64,000 nucleotides of DNA, from assembly GCF_964204645.1 (NCBI RefSeq), contig NC_134025.1, forward strand, positions 26,764,299 through 26,828,298, written 5' to 3'. The notes beneath the pieces were generated by a model, which was not told the origin of the DNA, made no database searches, and saw only the letters and a list, made by a program, of their open reading frames with translations. Below, piece by piece: positions 14,201 to 26,296 of the stretch. A program made the translations under genes and the position numbers. Source of the stretch: Tubulanus polymorphus. Its lineage: Eukaryota; Animalia; Nemertea. Position 1 is the first letter of the stretch; each line of letters opens with the position of its first letter.

Positions 14201-16941
14201 AAATAGTTACGCGTTGCAGCATATCGCTCTATATTATAGTGCATAAAACAAATCCACACGATACCCGTATCAGAATGAACCAGCGTGACCGGGAATGAGG
14301 GGATTTAGGAGAGATAATTTCAGATTATTTGACTCGCGGGCAGCTGTTATAATGAAATGAAACTCACTGATTCATGAAGCTCATATATCGATATCTTGTG
14401 CTGAATTAACAAGGTAATTTCTCGTGATATCGAGGCAATATTTGGGTTGGTGCTAACGATAAGTTAACCGGGAAGGTTTTACGATCGAACACGATCTTGG
14501 TCGTAGAAGGATTACCATATTTCAGATACGTCGGATTGAGTGATATTGACCGATAAGTTTTCGTACTGTTTACTCGGAAAAGGATAAACGAATCGTTAAA
14601 TGAGCCAAATAACGCAAAATTATTTCAGAGAGGTATACCTTGGTAGAAGATTCTCCCAGATGAAAACAATTCATGTCGTCTTTTAAGTTATTTCCGCAAA
14701 AATTCAGATAACACCCGACCGCATGAAGGCGCAAACAATTCGTCAGTATAGTGGGCTTAAATTCCAGATCACGATTCTTATCGAAATAATTATCCTAAGT
14801 AATAAATTGGAGTACTGTGTAAACTACATAGTATTAATTGTATTGGTTCTGTGTGGTGTGTTCGCCATTTGTCGACGACATCAAAGCAAACAAAATAATT
14901 TATCATGTCGCAATTATAATGACTTGATCCCTACATCATGGCAGTCTTCGCATTTATTGCGTCAACAGGCTGGAGACCATCAGTTTGGTTTGCTTATGGA
15001 AATCTGGTAATACATCATTTAGGGTAAATGAATGCCCGTCCTGACGCGGGACGTTTCCTGCTAACGGTAATGTCTAGGAAGCCGACATTAGACAACATCA
15101 AACTAGGCATACTACTTTTCATCATCTCTTGAAAGCAGAGTGACTGTTTTATCGGTTGACTGCATTTTGAGGAGTGGATTTCACTTGAAGATTTACCAAG
15201 TAATATACAATAATTGACAAATAATAAAGATTATGCTAATAATTGACAATAACAAAACACCTATAGATTAAGTAAATCGGACGGTTTTTCTGTAGTAGTC
15301 ATGCTATAGGTGTTTGATGGCCTCGTTTTGTTCCTGTTTTTGTATCTACCTATCAAACAATAACGTGAGATTTGTCGTTTTTATAAATTACGTCAAATGC
15401 TGAAATGATTTTTCGTCATATGTCACGCGCGACCCTGGATCAACCTTATGCAAACATTATGTGCGTATTACATCAATAATGACAATATTGACACAAATTT
15501 TCCCGTGTTTTATAATAAAATATCCATTTGTAGATTGATGATTGAAATTGATTTGGCCCTGCAGCGATGTGACGTGAATAAGGTAATATATACATACACG
15601 GTCGTTAGCCATCGGCTAAGTTTATATAAACATAAATTGATTTACAATATCTATAAAAGTTTGATGAGATATTACCCGATTGATCTCTATACGCGACGGT
15701 CTATAATGCAGAAAGTATAAGTCAAGTTTTAGCATATACAGTAAATCACCATATGAAGCTATTACAAGCGTCAATATCATGTTTCTGAATCCGTCTTCCG
15801 CGAGTGGCAGGCTCATTACGATGATCAATCAAAGCGATGTTAAATTGCCCATTTCAAATCAAGATCGGGTCATTTAATTCCTTTATGGATTACTGGCGTA
15901 TAAATCAGCATCAGTTTATCATTATGTATCACCTCTGATGGGTGAGTCTTTATAGATTGAAATCAGGAAGTGGGTTGCACCTCCGTTTAAGTAAAGAGAG
16001 AGGAAGAGATAGCTAATTATTGATCATTTCCCTGTTTCCTTAACCGCAAATAGGTACCGCTAAAAGTCTGCTCATTCTCCCTTATCAGGGCTTGAAATGA
16101 CATCCGCACGGATTAGACCCCCAATGGCATCACGGTATTTACCGATGATAAGATACAAAATAGCTCACCGGATATTGGAGCGTCGTTATGGCAATTTATG
16201 TTAGACAATACTGAAATTGTCCTTACCATTCCCGTTGTGAAATTACTGTTATACGATCTACAATCTAGGACATCATAAGTTCGTAATCATCTGCAATTAC
16301 GCGTGAAATAAATTGCGACCAAAACAACAATATACAGAAATATGTATATATATATATCCAACTTTTTATGACAATTGTCATAAAGACTTTTTACGTTTTT
16401 CTACGTGGAATTTCTTGAGAATGATAAACATCGAAATCAACGCGCTAAACTGACTTCAGGAATTCAGCCGCTTTTTCTCCTACTCCGCGTGAGAACGGGG
16501 CGCTTAATTTAAAAATATCGAATGCCGGATCAACGTTATATCAGCATGAAAATGAATAAAGAAATTTCTATTTCAGGATACACTCTAGTCATTCATTCAG
16601 TACCGTACTTCGATTTTATTTAGATACCAAGAAAATCACTTACCGAGACCAGGGATGCCAATATTTAGGATACAACATACGACTGCCAATGGTAAAGGCA
16701 TACACGGTATGGCATTATGTAGAGCACCGTGTTTTTCCTCAACTGTTACTATTTCGTATCCACCTGATGTCTGTCCGAGAGGTTGTGGTGGTTGCAAGCT
16801 ATTGCGACTAGTTTTCCGCGGTGGGTTGCCATCACTATTAACCCCACCCACATTTGTAGTAAGTGGGATCTCCTCGGCTGCCGTGGGCTCAGATGTGATC
16901 GTAATTTCAATTTTTTCGCGATCTTTATTCGAGTAAGCCAT
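5208..16941 (-). CDS. stum: Stum (stumble)/SPEC3-family small membrane protein
   Basis: Exon 16941-16644 (...VEEKHGALHNAIPCMPLPLAVVCCILNIGIPGLG) splices in frame (G|GG, GT..AG) to exon 5381-5208 (TIISSFSVFCCG...FGLNLLAGFLQMITFCVIVGWIWSILWG). This matches the Stum pattern AIPxMPxPxAVxCxxLNxxxPGLGT...GWIxSIxWG. The short last coding exon is uncertain (candidates near 5062-5080 or 4563-4588). Confidence 0.9.
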
Positions 16942-17579
16942 GCTTACGTGCGAGTATATGATATATACTACTTAACGGTTTGAATCGATTTAACTGTTTA
17001 AATTAATTCCCGTCAGCTTGAATTTCTATGCAATATTGTGCAGAACGTTCACTTCAACAAGTCGGTACTAGTTTTTACTCCATTACTTCATTCGCTCTCC
17101 ATGCACACGTACGAATCGCGTAACGAGAGAAAAACTTTTTCAAAACGACCGTAAATACTTTGTAATTCCCATTAACGATCGAACGCTAGAGATAAACAGT
17201 ATCGCGTACAATTAGAACAAATTACGAAAATTGCACCGGGCGTCAAAAGAGAGATAGTGATGTGTGTTCGTCACTGGTGTCGGTAAGCGAATAACAGCTA
17301 CCGCACTTCGGAACAGCAGCCGCCGCGAGAAACGTCTGAGGGCAATCCTCCAATTAGTGATGTATGCCGTTGCTACAGAGAAAATGCAAATCAAAGGCGC
17401 CTCCAAATCGCATTATTTTCTTGAGTGAAAGTAGCCGAGCGTGGTATATTAAGTAGCCAATTCACAATTCGTATATGACAACATTGTGGAATTTTTCAGG
17501 CAGTTTAATTTTGCGAAGCGCTTTTGATTTAGTGGAAAATAACGTGTGTTTAATGGTGAACTGAGATAAACGAGTTGAA

Positions 17580-17875
17580 ATCCTTTGGGCTTGAGTAGTA
17601 GCTCGGCGGGGACGATGGTCGAGGCCACAAGTCACACTGACCGGTCTGACCTGTGTGCCGCTAGAGCCAAACTCTTGTTGGAATTTAAGTGGAAAGTCCG
17701 AAAGTCCATATGGAGGGTTCCGAACAAGCTGGAGGACACGTAACTTGTGTGGAAATCGGGCGGGTAGACAACTGCGAGGCCTGGTGGGCCGCGCCGGTCG
17801 CAGTCCGCGGCCCGGCGGTCCTGGTCTCGGGCGGAAAATGCTGTAGCCTCGGATCACTGGCTACTCACCCAGCAT
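17580..17875 (-). ncRNA. Candidate structured non-coding RNA (GC-rich island); class unresolved
   Basis: Nested stems read on the - strand: gggtgagtag/ctactcaagccc, cgaggc/gcctcg, cacaagttac/gtgacttgtg, gtgtc/ggcac, gttcggaa/ttccaac. Also an AGAG-UUUGG-CUCU hairpin and AAAGGA after the outer stem. It could instead be a GC-box promoter island. Confidence 0.35.
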
Positions 17876-18050
17876 CCAGTTTCTCACCTCACGCCATTTC
17901 ATGCTCCCCGTAAACGACTCCAGATTTCGTAATTTTATCAGTGTGCGTACTAGCACAATTTTTTGTTGGCGGGAAACCGGACTCACATACTCGCAGTCTA
18001 TACACAAACTCGTAAACTTTTCCATGCAATCATCAGGTGCTGCCACCTAA

Positions 18051-18088
18051 CCAGGAAGTAAAATAACTTCCAACAAGACAAGATGGCG
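18051..18088 (+). promoter_or_regulatory. ETS (CAGGAAGT) and YY1-like (CAAGATGGCG) motifs at TMEM87 start
   Basis: ccaggaagta at 18051-18060 and caagatggcg overlapping the ATG. Motif match only. Confidence 0.4.
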
Positions 18089-21000
18089 CATATTGGACTT
18101 TTTCCGCTTGCGATTACGTATTTTTTGTGCGTTTGCTGTTATGGATTACCTGAACAAGGTGTATGGACTACAGAATTAGACCAGGTATTCATATTGACTA
18201 ATTGATTTGTTAAACGACCGTGAAGAACTGTTATAATACGGCAGGAGAACGGTTTATATGTGGTCATTTTTTCTTGCGAATTCGGGATTGACGACGCTGT
18301 CGACGTCGTTAAACCGGTTGACGGTGACGACGACCATTTCCGTTCGTTTCCCAATTTATTCATCCCATCCCCGGTGTCAGTCATATTGCCCTGTGGATCA
18401 TCACTACAGATATCCATGCTGATGATGATATCCCAAAATTTGAATTGGGGCCTGATTAGCATTGGGTGCACCCAAATGCTAATCAGGCCCCCAATTCAAA
18501 CTAACGCACCCGCTTGCCTTCTTTTAGAAGTTGTAGTAACCCTAACTTCAACACTAATCGCCACATTGGAAAAAGACTACCTGATTATATGGTCAATGGT
18601 GTATCCAGCCAATATTCTCCACCGCATCTTAATAACATGTGTAATTATGAATTTTAAATCATGTTCTTCTGAATTTTTCGTCCAACCTTTCTTTCAGAAC
18701 AAAACATTTTTTTCCATACCAAAGAGTATGTACAACAATTCTCAGATATCCATCAAAAGTGAGTACCTAAACACACGAGAGTTTTTTATTTTCGTTACAA
18801 ACTTTCAGGATTTCGTAGTGAATTGATTTGTATTGTTCTCTTAGTTGAATGTATTGGCGAGATAAATGTTGATCTGAATATAGGATGGGTTCTTCGACAA
18901 ACTCCATGCGCAGAGGAGTACATTGGAGCAACAGATAAAGTAAGTGTAGTAAATCGGTCAACGAACGACATACTCAGAGTGGCCTCCGTAACTCAGTGAG
19001 ATAAGGTGTGATGCTGTTGCATTCACTAGTGCTAATTGACAAGCGTGCTTGTGTCCTGCTTGCTGCTGACAATAGTCAAGCAACACTTCAAAGGTCGTCC
19101 CGTAGTTTGGTTCCATGAATAATCCAATTGTCTCGAGAAACCAAAATCCAAACGACGTAAAGCAAAAATAAGCTATTCCTGAATCGAATCGTATTATTTT
19201 TATTTCACAGGCTAGTGCAAATATGTATTTCTTATTACCGAATATAAATCGCGGATATTCTTATAAAACAGTGCAGTATCATCGATCGAAAACTGAAAGT
19301 CACAAGTGTTCGCAGCATAGCAATATTATTCTGAAGGTAAGACGATTATGTCGAACATCTGATGAACTTTTGAACTTACGGTTTAGTTAGCGTTAAAATT
19401 TGTTGATCCTGATGTAGATTTGAGAGGCAAATCATCATATTTACATGCACTTTTCCTCTGGCAACTTTTGATTTAGTTAACTTGTAAACCAGTACGGCAT
19501 GTTTTTTAGGATGAATCACTTATCCCACCAGTATCAAGTGATGCCATTCCACTGAAGAACACAACGGTATGAAGCACGTAATCATACATATCAATTTTAG
19601 ATTATAATTGCTCTAATATCCATGTGTTATGATTATCTCTTTTTGTTCCAGACGGAAATATCAAATAAAGCATCTGATAAAAAAGCAGAAGAAAATAAAA
19701 AACCACCCAAAACTACTACAGAGAAAAAATCTGACACGGTACCATAATCGAATGTTATATCCTGGATAATTAAATCAATTGATATCCAGTTCATATTAAG
19801 CATTCTCTTTATGTTATTCTACTCTAGACTAAGAGGGTAAAGCGAGCGGCAAAACTTGTTCCACCAAAACCGTTAAAAGCAACCACAACCCTTGTAAGTT
19901 GATTGGTAGGTGATACACAGAAGTTTGTGATCAAAAGATATTTCATATGTATTGAACGTTTTAATCTATTTGCAGAAACCGACTACAGCTAAACCTATGA
20001 AAGCAGGACACAATGAGCAGGTTTGTTATATTGATTATGTCACTTCGGGAGGTATCCTGTTTCTTCTATCAAGATAGTCTTGGTACATTTCGTTTGAATG
20101 AATTTTGTTTCAGATCGACCACAGTATTGTCGAGACAACTTGGTCCGATGGTGTGTACCTATTCGTAATCATGATAGCTCCACAAAATCGGGATCGAGCA
20201 GTTACTTATAAAACTAAAGGTTAGCCAATTGTCTTTGATTTTACACTAGGAACAATGCTTGTTTCTGTGAGTGGTAAAAAGATGATTGAAGAATTAATGA
20301 AATGTTTATATTATTATAAACAGTGACTGTGTGGATGAAGGGTCATTATGGTTTCTTATCGGCTGCAGATTGGCCATTATTACCGGTGAGTTTGTATTTC
20401 ATCTTTCAGCATTGTTTATAAAAACCGATACTTAAAAAGGGAACCAGTGAATTTTCAGTGTAAGCCCCTGAGGTCCCATGCCCTGCGTCATAATTTCTGG
20501 CTCTACGTGATGGTTGATCTCGAAATTTATTTTTCGAATCAATTATCTCGAAATGTTTACTGGGAATTTCATAGGGCCAATATCGTTAATGTTAGATATC
20601 TCTGGTTAATGATATCCTAAAATCATGTGATTTATTGTTTCAGTTTTATGGTGTAATGTGTGTTGTGTATGTTGTATTTGGTTTAATATGGTTAGTTCTT
20701 GCTGCTTGTAACTGGCGAGATTTACTCAGAATTCAGTTCTGGATCGGCGCTGTCATCATATTAGGTGAGTAGAATGCTATATCGAAGTAAAGTCGCCTTC
20801 CTTTCTTTATTGACAAATATTTGATTAAAACTTCGTCTTCAGGAATGTTGGAAAAGGCTGTATTTTATGCTGAATATCAAACGATCAACTACACTGGAAA
20901 ATCAGGTATTCATTTCATTTTCTGAAGATAAAAGTAAATTTTAGAACTATGGATCCATTTAGGAGACCGATCCTTGAAACCTTTTCGTTGTTGAAAATCA

Positions 21001-22624
21001 ATGGATATGATTCAATATCCACCCAAAACCGATCTCCAGCAGGTTTGGAGTTTATATTTTCATATTGGTATATTTAACAGTAAGAGGAGCGGTAATATTT
21101 GCTGAGTTGGTATCATGTATGAAACGTTCTTTAGCTCGTATGCTGGTTGTTATTGTCAGCCTCGGATTTGGTATTGTGAAGTAAGTACATTATTCCTTAT
21201 TAAGCACAACAGGTGCAGATAATTATTCATTTATTCAGGAAAAATCAATTCAACTGTATGTGTTTGTGAGCGAAATGTATTTTGCAAGTATCGTATAGTT
21301 TTTCAAAACAAATACGTCAAATATTTTAATGATCTTATGTAATTATGTTGATTGTTTTGAATTATTGCCCTCTTCAGACCCAGACTCGGACCGATGCTTC
21401 ATAAAGTTGTGCTGGTTGGAATTCTTTACTTTATTCTTGGGTCGATAGAAGGCTGTTTACGCGTGCTGAGGGTTAGTCCTCTATTCACTGACTCGTTTCC
21501 ATTACTTTTATAAGCAATTTACGTTTACTGGTACTTTTTATCCATTTCAGCCCAAGAGTGACCCGTCCAACCAGGCTTTGTTGGCTAGTATACCATTAGC
21601 TGTGTTAGATTCGGGTATCTGTTGGTGGATTTTCACGAGTCTTGTGCAGACAATTCGTACATTACGTCTTCGTAGAAATGTTGTCAAATTATCTATGTAT
21701 CGGCATTTTACAAATACACTCATATTTGCTATTTTGGGTAAGAATTCATCCTTATAATGTATGATTGACGCGAATTATTTTATTTCATATAAGTTATCAT
21801 ATGAGAGTTGTCTCTTCTATTTCTTAGCGTCTATTGCCTTCATGATCTGGTCGATCAAAGAACATAAATTGGCTACTTGTCTAAAGGTCTGTAATATTAA
21901 ATGGCTCATTTTATAGAAATTTTTATGATTCTATTGAATAAAGTTACTGAATATGTATACATGTATTTGATAGGACTGGAAGGAACTGTGGGTGGATGAT
22001 GCGTATTGGCATCTGCTATTTTCTGTGATTCTCTTTGTTATAATGGTTCTTTGGAGACCGACCAACAACAACCAAAGATATGCATTTTCTCCTCTATTAG
22101 ATGCTGCTGACGATGATGAGGATGAGGATGAAACTGTTATGAATGATGCTTTTGGTCAGTGATCTGTAATGTATACTGATTTCAGTTAGACATATGTCAA
22201 ATGACGTAATAAGTGACATATTACACATTTTGATTTTACAGATGGTATGAAAATGAGGAGTAAAAACCAAACTAATGGTTCACCTAAACAAAAAGATAGT
22301 AAAGTTAAAACGGTAAGATGTAGTCTATCATCAGAAAAAACCCTACTGTAATAAATGATTGTTTTGTTGTTTTCATTTCAATTTACTCACTTCAGGAAGA
22401 AGATTTGAAATGGATAGAAGAAAATATTCCTTCATCAGTTGCTGATACGTAGGTGTCATTTTTTGCTTTTATATGTATTAATATATTTACACGTATTTTA
22501 TGTTTTAAATGTAGTGTAAATGCAATTATATATGTTTTATTGATTTTCTAGAGCTCTACCGAGTCTACTCGATTCCGATGAAGAAATCATGACCACAAAA
22601 TTCGAGATGTCAAAAATGGAATAA
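18083..22624 (+). CDS. TMEM87: Transmembrane protein 87 (GOST/lung 7TM receptor family), multi-exon
   Basis: Signal peptide exon [28 protein letters not shown]. Later exons include [17 protein letters not shown]|FYGVMC...[47 protein letters not shown] and the C-terminus [16 protein letters not shown]|[27 protein letters not shown] introns. Confidence 0.93.
18439..18500. repeat. 62-bp near-perfect palindrome in TMEM87 intron 1
   Basis: tttgaattggggcctgattagcattgggtg|cacccaaatgctaatcaggcccccaattcaaa; the arms differ only by two single-base indels. Confidence 0.85.
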
Positions 22625-23610
22625 GCCGAAAGTTTGCTCAGCAATACGTTCTTGTGTTCTAGACATTGAAAATAAACATTGCCTGGTGATTATTAGTTGA
22701 TGCCAAAAAAACATTCCATCATAAAAGTTCTCAATTATATCAGATTATTTCAATAGCATGTACTCCACTCGTCTGTGTCGTCGTAGCCTGTTTTAACTGA
22801 CATCTCGGCTGCAGTAGCTTTATTTCAGTTATTTCTTTTGTCTTGATTTTATTGAAGTGACTATCTACACTATATGCCTGGCACATTTATTGCATAACAA
22901 ATTTAAGGTTGCATTTGGTCTTGTCGACCTAAGTGAGTCATCTTTGCAATAACTAGTTTGCCTTTGATAATGAGTTCATTGCTAACTATATCGATCTATT
23001 AAATGTCGATGCATGCTTTCTTAGTTGATATCCTTATTTACCAGCAAAATTGGATAGCATATTTTTTTATGATAAGCAGTTTTAGTGACAGCTGACATCT
23101 TGAATGCCTCTTCATTGTGGTTTCTACGTTTGTCGCCGCGTTTTGGTATTTTCAGTTCTGTATAGAATTGCAAAATGGCGAATCAATCTTGCATAGTTTG
23201 TACAGGTGGAAAAGTATTATTCAGAAGTGAATATGTACAGTTGATAAATATTTCCTAAATATTATGATATAGCATTATTTATTTATTTGCTTTATGTTAA
23301 GATGTTATGACAAGATGACATGTGTTCCACATGGAAGTTAAGTTTCTTTTTAATTTAGTCTTTTTAGGAGTAGAAATACTTTATTTGTGTAATCATTTCT
23401 GGTCTTCTGTTCTACGATGTAATGACCTAATTTAGTTTCATTTTGAAGAACGGTCTCTTTATTTAGTGTATATAAGGCATATCTAATGTATTTTTTCATC
23501 ATATCTGGATATGAATAGTTAATCCATATGGCGAATTATTTCTAAGTAGAAAGTGGTTAAGTATTTTAGTAGAGTTCGTTCATTTAGATTAGAATAAACA
23601 CGTACGTTAT

Positions 23611-23872
23611 TGCCACGATCACACGAGCATTTTTGGCCCGGAACAACTGTTCATACTGGTGCCAAATGGGAACGTGCCTGTTAGGCCCAACCGAAAACGT
23701 GGGACCAAGCCCGAGTCAAATTTTAGCACGGGACAAATGATTGCGTTTGAATTGCAACTGGATCCATAAATGAATCACTTCGCTTTGTTTAGTATCGTAT
23801 GGGCCAAATTTGACTCGTGTCTGATGTGTGCCGATTTGGCCCGGGCCAAATTGTCTCGGTGCGATTGCGGCT
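23611..23872. mobile_element. MITE (PIF/Harbinger-like termini), copy 1
   Basis: Terminal gccacgatcacac...gtgcgattgcggc imperfect inverted repeat, with internal tttggccc/gggccaaa motifs. Superfamily is an inference from TIR style. Confidence 0.55.
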
Positions 23873-24944
23873 CATGTTAGATATTCAAAAACGTAACGAT
23901 CTTTATTCAGACATCTCAATTGTTACTGGGATATTACCTGCATTCACTTTCTATAGAGCTAAGAAGTACGACTTTAATATTTTATGGTGTATGCTTGTTC
24001 AAACAATGATGGTAATAAACAATGATGTTAGTGGTATCTCGCTATCAGTATGCATGTTACATGTATGTATATAGGATACAGGGATCACCGGGTAATGCCT
24101 TAATTAATTAAGTAACTTTGAATATCTAGATACTGTAATGGATTGTAGTAGTGCAGCTACAAACATTGAACGGGCATTATGTCATTGACGACGGGAACTT
24201 TGTTCAATATTGTCCACGTGTTGGTATCCAAATGAAAGAAACTCCGGTATTTGTATAATTCCAACGTTATTCCCTTACATATTGTATTGGAAACAATGTT
24301 ATCGAATAGCTGTTCTTTTATATGAACTTTTGTGCTAAATCTTTGAAATGAACTTATAATGTTTGATTTGAATCTTTAAGCCCACGTGCGGCTTTATAGT
24401 TTGTTAATTAGCTGTATGGACAAATTTATGGCAACGAATCCCATGCAAATTCAAAGATGCTTTTGAGATTTTATTGTCATATGAAAATTGATTCGGCATG
24501 GAGTCCTATGAACACAATCTTCTGCTACTCTGTATTCGTGAAATTACCGAATGTTTAATTAATGCTTGGATGGTGTAAATTTGTACTTTTACCCTTTGAA
24601 TGTAAATAAATATTCTGAAAACATTTTTCAAAGAAAAACGTCGTTCCAGGTTTCGTTTCATTCGTTGGAATATCGAATATCAGTATATATGTTAAGTATG
24701 AGCGAAAGATATTGTTTAAAAGCTTTTTCTTGATACCTGACATAGTTAAAGGCAATTTGACCCCCGTGACGCTGGCTCCTGGTTCCTAGTTCGGCTCCCA
24801 ATTCAAAATGTCACTTTCCTATATATTTTGAACCAGTAGCCCGTTCCCGGTTCCTGGTTCAAAATAATTGTTGGATTAAAGCATCGTAAAAGGTTTTGCG
24901 CACTTAGCTCGAGCTCGAGCTAAGTTTCAACTTAATCGACACTA

Positions 24945-26003
24945 ATGGAAACTGCGCGGAATCTTACACCCTATTGGATAGGAATCATAGAAAACAGATT
25001 CATACAATTTTCGTCCATTACAGACTCACAATTCTGGCTCCATTTGGTCATTCTACCGACTGTTGTATTTGTGGGTTTCGTCTGTAACGGATTTACGATC
25101 GTCCTGATGCAAGTTCCAAACTTACGTCGCCATACCTTTTCTGTTTATCTAACAGCCATTGGAGTTACTGATACACTTTTTCTCAGCGCCCATTTGATGT
25201 TTTGGGTGAATTTTGTAAGTATCAGTTTACACGGACAAGGATCGCTGGTAATACGTATCAAATCGAAATACGCCTGCTTACCAACATCGCTTATTCCATC
25301 TGTAGCTCAAACTATGTCCGTTTGGTTCATGGTTGTCATATCATTCGAGAGATTCGTCTGCGTGGCTTTTCCGTTTATGATACACAAAGTGAGCATTTTG
25401 AAAATGGCACGTTTAAACGTAATATGCATTACAATGGCTGTTGTTATCCTATGGGGATCTATTCAGTACATAATCACGTACTACGACGATGTGCAGGAAA
25501 TTGGCTGCATTCAGATATTTCAAACATTAGATCGCAGGATCATTCGACTGGTCTACGTTGCTATGAACGTTTACCTGTACGGTCGTGACGTACCCATCTC
25601 GATTATCATAGTTTTCAATACTATGATTGTCGTATTTCTGAAAAGGAACAGTCTGTCTACGAATGCCGACAAAACTAGATTTCAGAGTCGCCGAATAACA
25701 CTGATGATGTTGACACTTACCTGTTCGTTCTTGGCTCTCTCGATGCCTCACTGGATGATCCAAGTCGTGAAAGGTTACCTCGCTTCTGTCAGTCAGCTAT
25801 TCAAGATAATCGACGATGTTTTTACATTGTTGTATATTTGTAATTACGCTATCAATTTCTTTTTATATGTGGCGACCGGAAAACTAATTTGCAAAGAAAT
25901 CAAACGTTTTTTTTCAATCCAAAATCAATTCGCAACAAATCTTTTATATAGCCTACGATGTGTTGTATTTGTAAAAAATCAGAAAGAAATGAAATCAATT
26001 TAA
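24945..26003 (+). CDS. Intronless class A (rhodopsin-like) peptide-receptor-type GPCR, copy 1 (352 aa; FMRFamide/sex-peptide-receptor-like group)
   Basis: Seven hydrophobic segments with GFVCN (TM1), YLTAIGVTD (TM2), SFERFVCVAFP (TM3 ERF), MPHW (TM6) and NYAINFFLY (TM7). Confidence 0.9.
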   Translation: METARNLTPYWIGIIENRFIQFSSITDSQFWLHLVILPTVVFVGFVCNGFTIVLMQVPNLRRHTFSVYLTAIGVTDTLFLSAHLMFWVNFVSISLHGQGSLVIRIKSKYACLPTSLIPSVAQTMSVWFMVVISFERFVCVAFPFMIHKVSILKMARLNVICITMAVVILWGSIQYIITYYDDVQEIGCIQIFQTLDRRIIRLVYVAMNVYLYGRDVPISIIIVFNTMIVVFLKRNSLSTNADKTRFQSRRITLMMLTLTCSFLALSMPHWMIQVVKGYLASVSQLFKIIDDVFTLLYICNYAINFFLYVATGKLICKEIKRFFSIQNQFATNLLYSLRCVVFVKNQKEMKSI

Positions 26004-26296
26004 CGAGAGTAATGGGGAAAGTGTTGTTTCATACCAGAGGTCGAGAGGTCGAGCTCGCAAAGCTCACTCGCCCTCTCAACCTCTGATATGAAAAAACACT
26101 TCCCCCATTACTTCTAATAATTTCATATAAATGAACATTATTTATATGAATATCATATATATGAACATTATTTATATATGTTAATTGTAAAAGTGTGAGT
26201 AAAGTGTGAGTGGTGAGTGAAATAGAATAAAAAGTAACGAGTAATTAACGAGTTGAAGAAAATATAAATTTTAATAAAAAATATGTACAATAAAAT

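Larger units (their letters stand above)
22957..26004 (+). repeat. Segmental tandem duplication, copy 1 (~3.0 kb: distal TMEM87 3' region, MITE and GPCR)
   Basis: Starts tttgcctttgat(a/g)atgagttcattgc and ends atcaatttaac. Colinear and highly similar to 27278-30176. Confidence 0.95.

Noticed and set aside
6253-15828. Short ORFs inside the stum intron (e.g. 6597-6950, 10755-10964, 12549-12779)
   Set aside because: No recognisable domains or consistent exon chains; lengths are compatible with chance.
17771-17813. HDV-like ribozyme (GGCCGCG P1-like stem)
   Set aside because: No P3/L3, P1.1 or J4/2 elements in the required order.
17586-17872. RNase P/MRP RNA on the + strand (GGAAAGTCCGA ... TCGGATCA) or 7SK on the - strand
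   Set aside because: The A-rich CR-V context and P2/P3 arrangement are missing for RNase P/MRP, and there is no paired GAUC/GAUC motif for 7SK.
18537-18546. TAACCCTAAC, a telomerase-template-like 10-mer
   Set aside because: It is on the + strand, opposite to the CR4/5-like structure, and no pseudoknot follows; likely chance.
18260-18826. 188-aa ORF on the + strand
   Set aside because: Mostly TMEM87 intron 1 read through into exon 2; not an independent gene.
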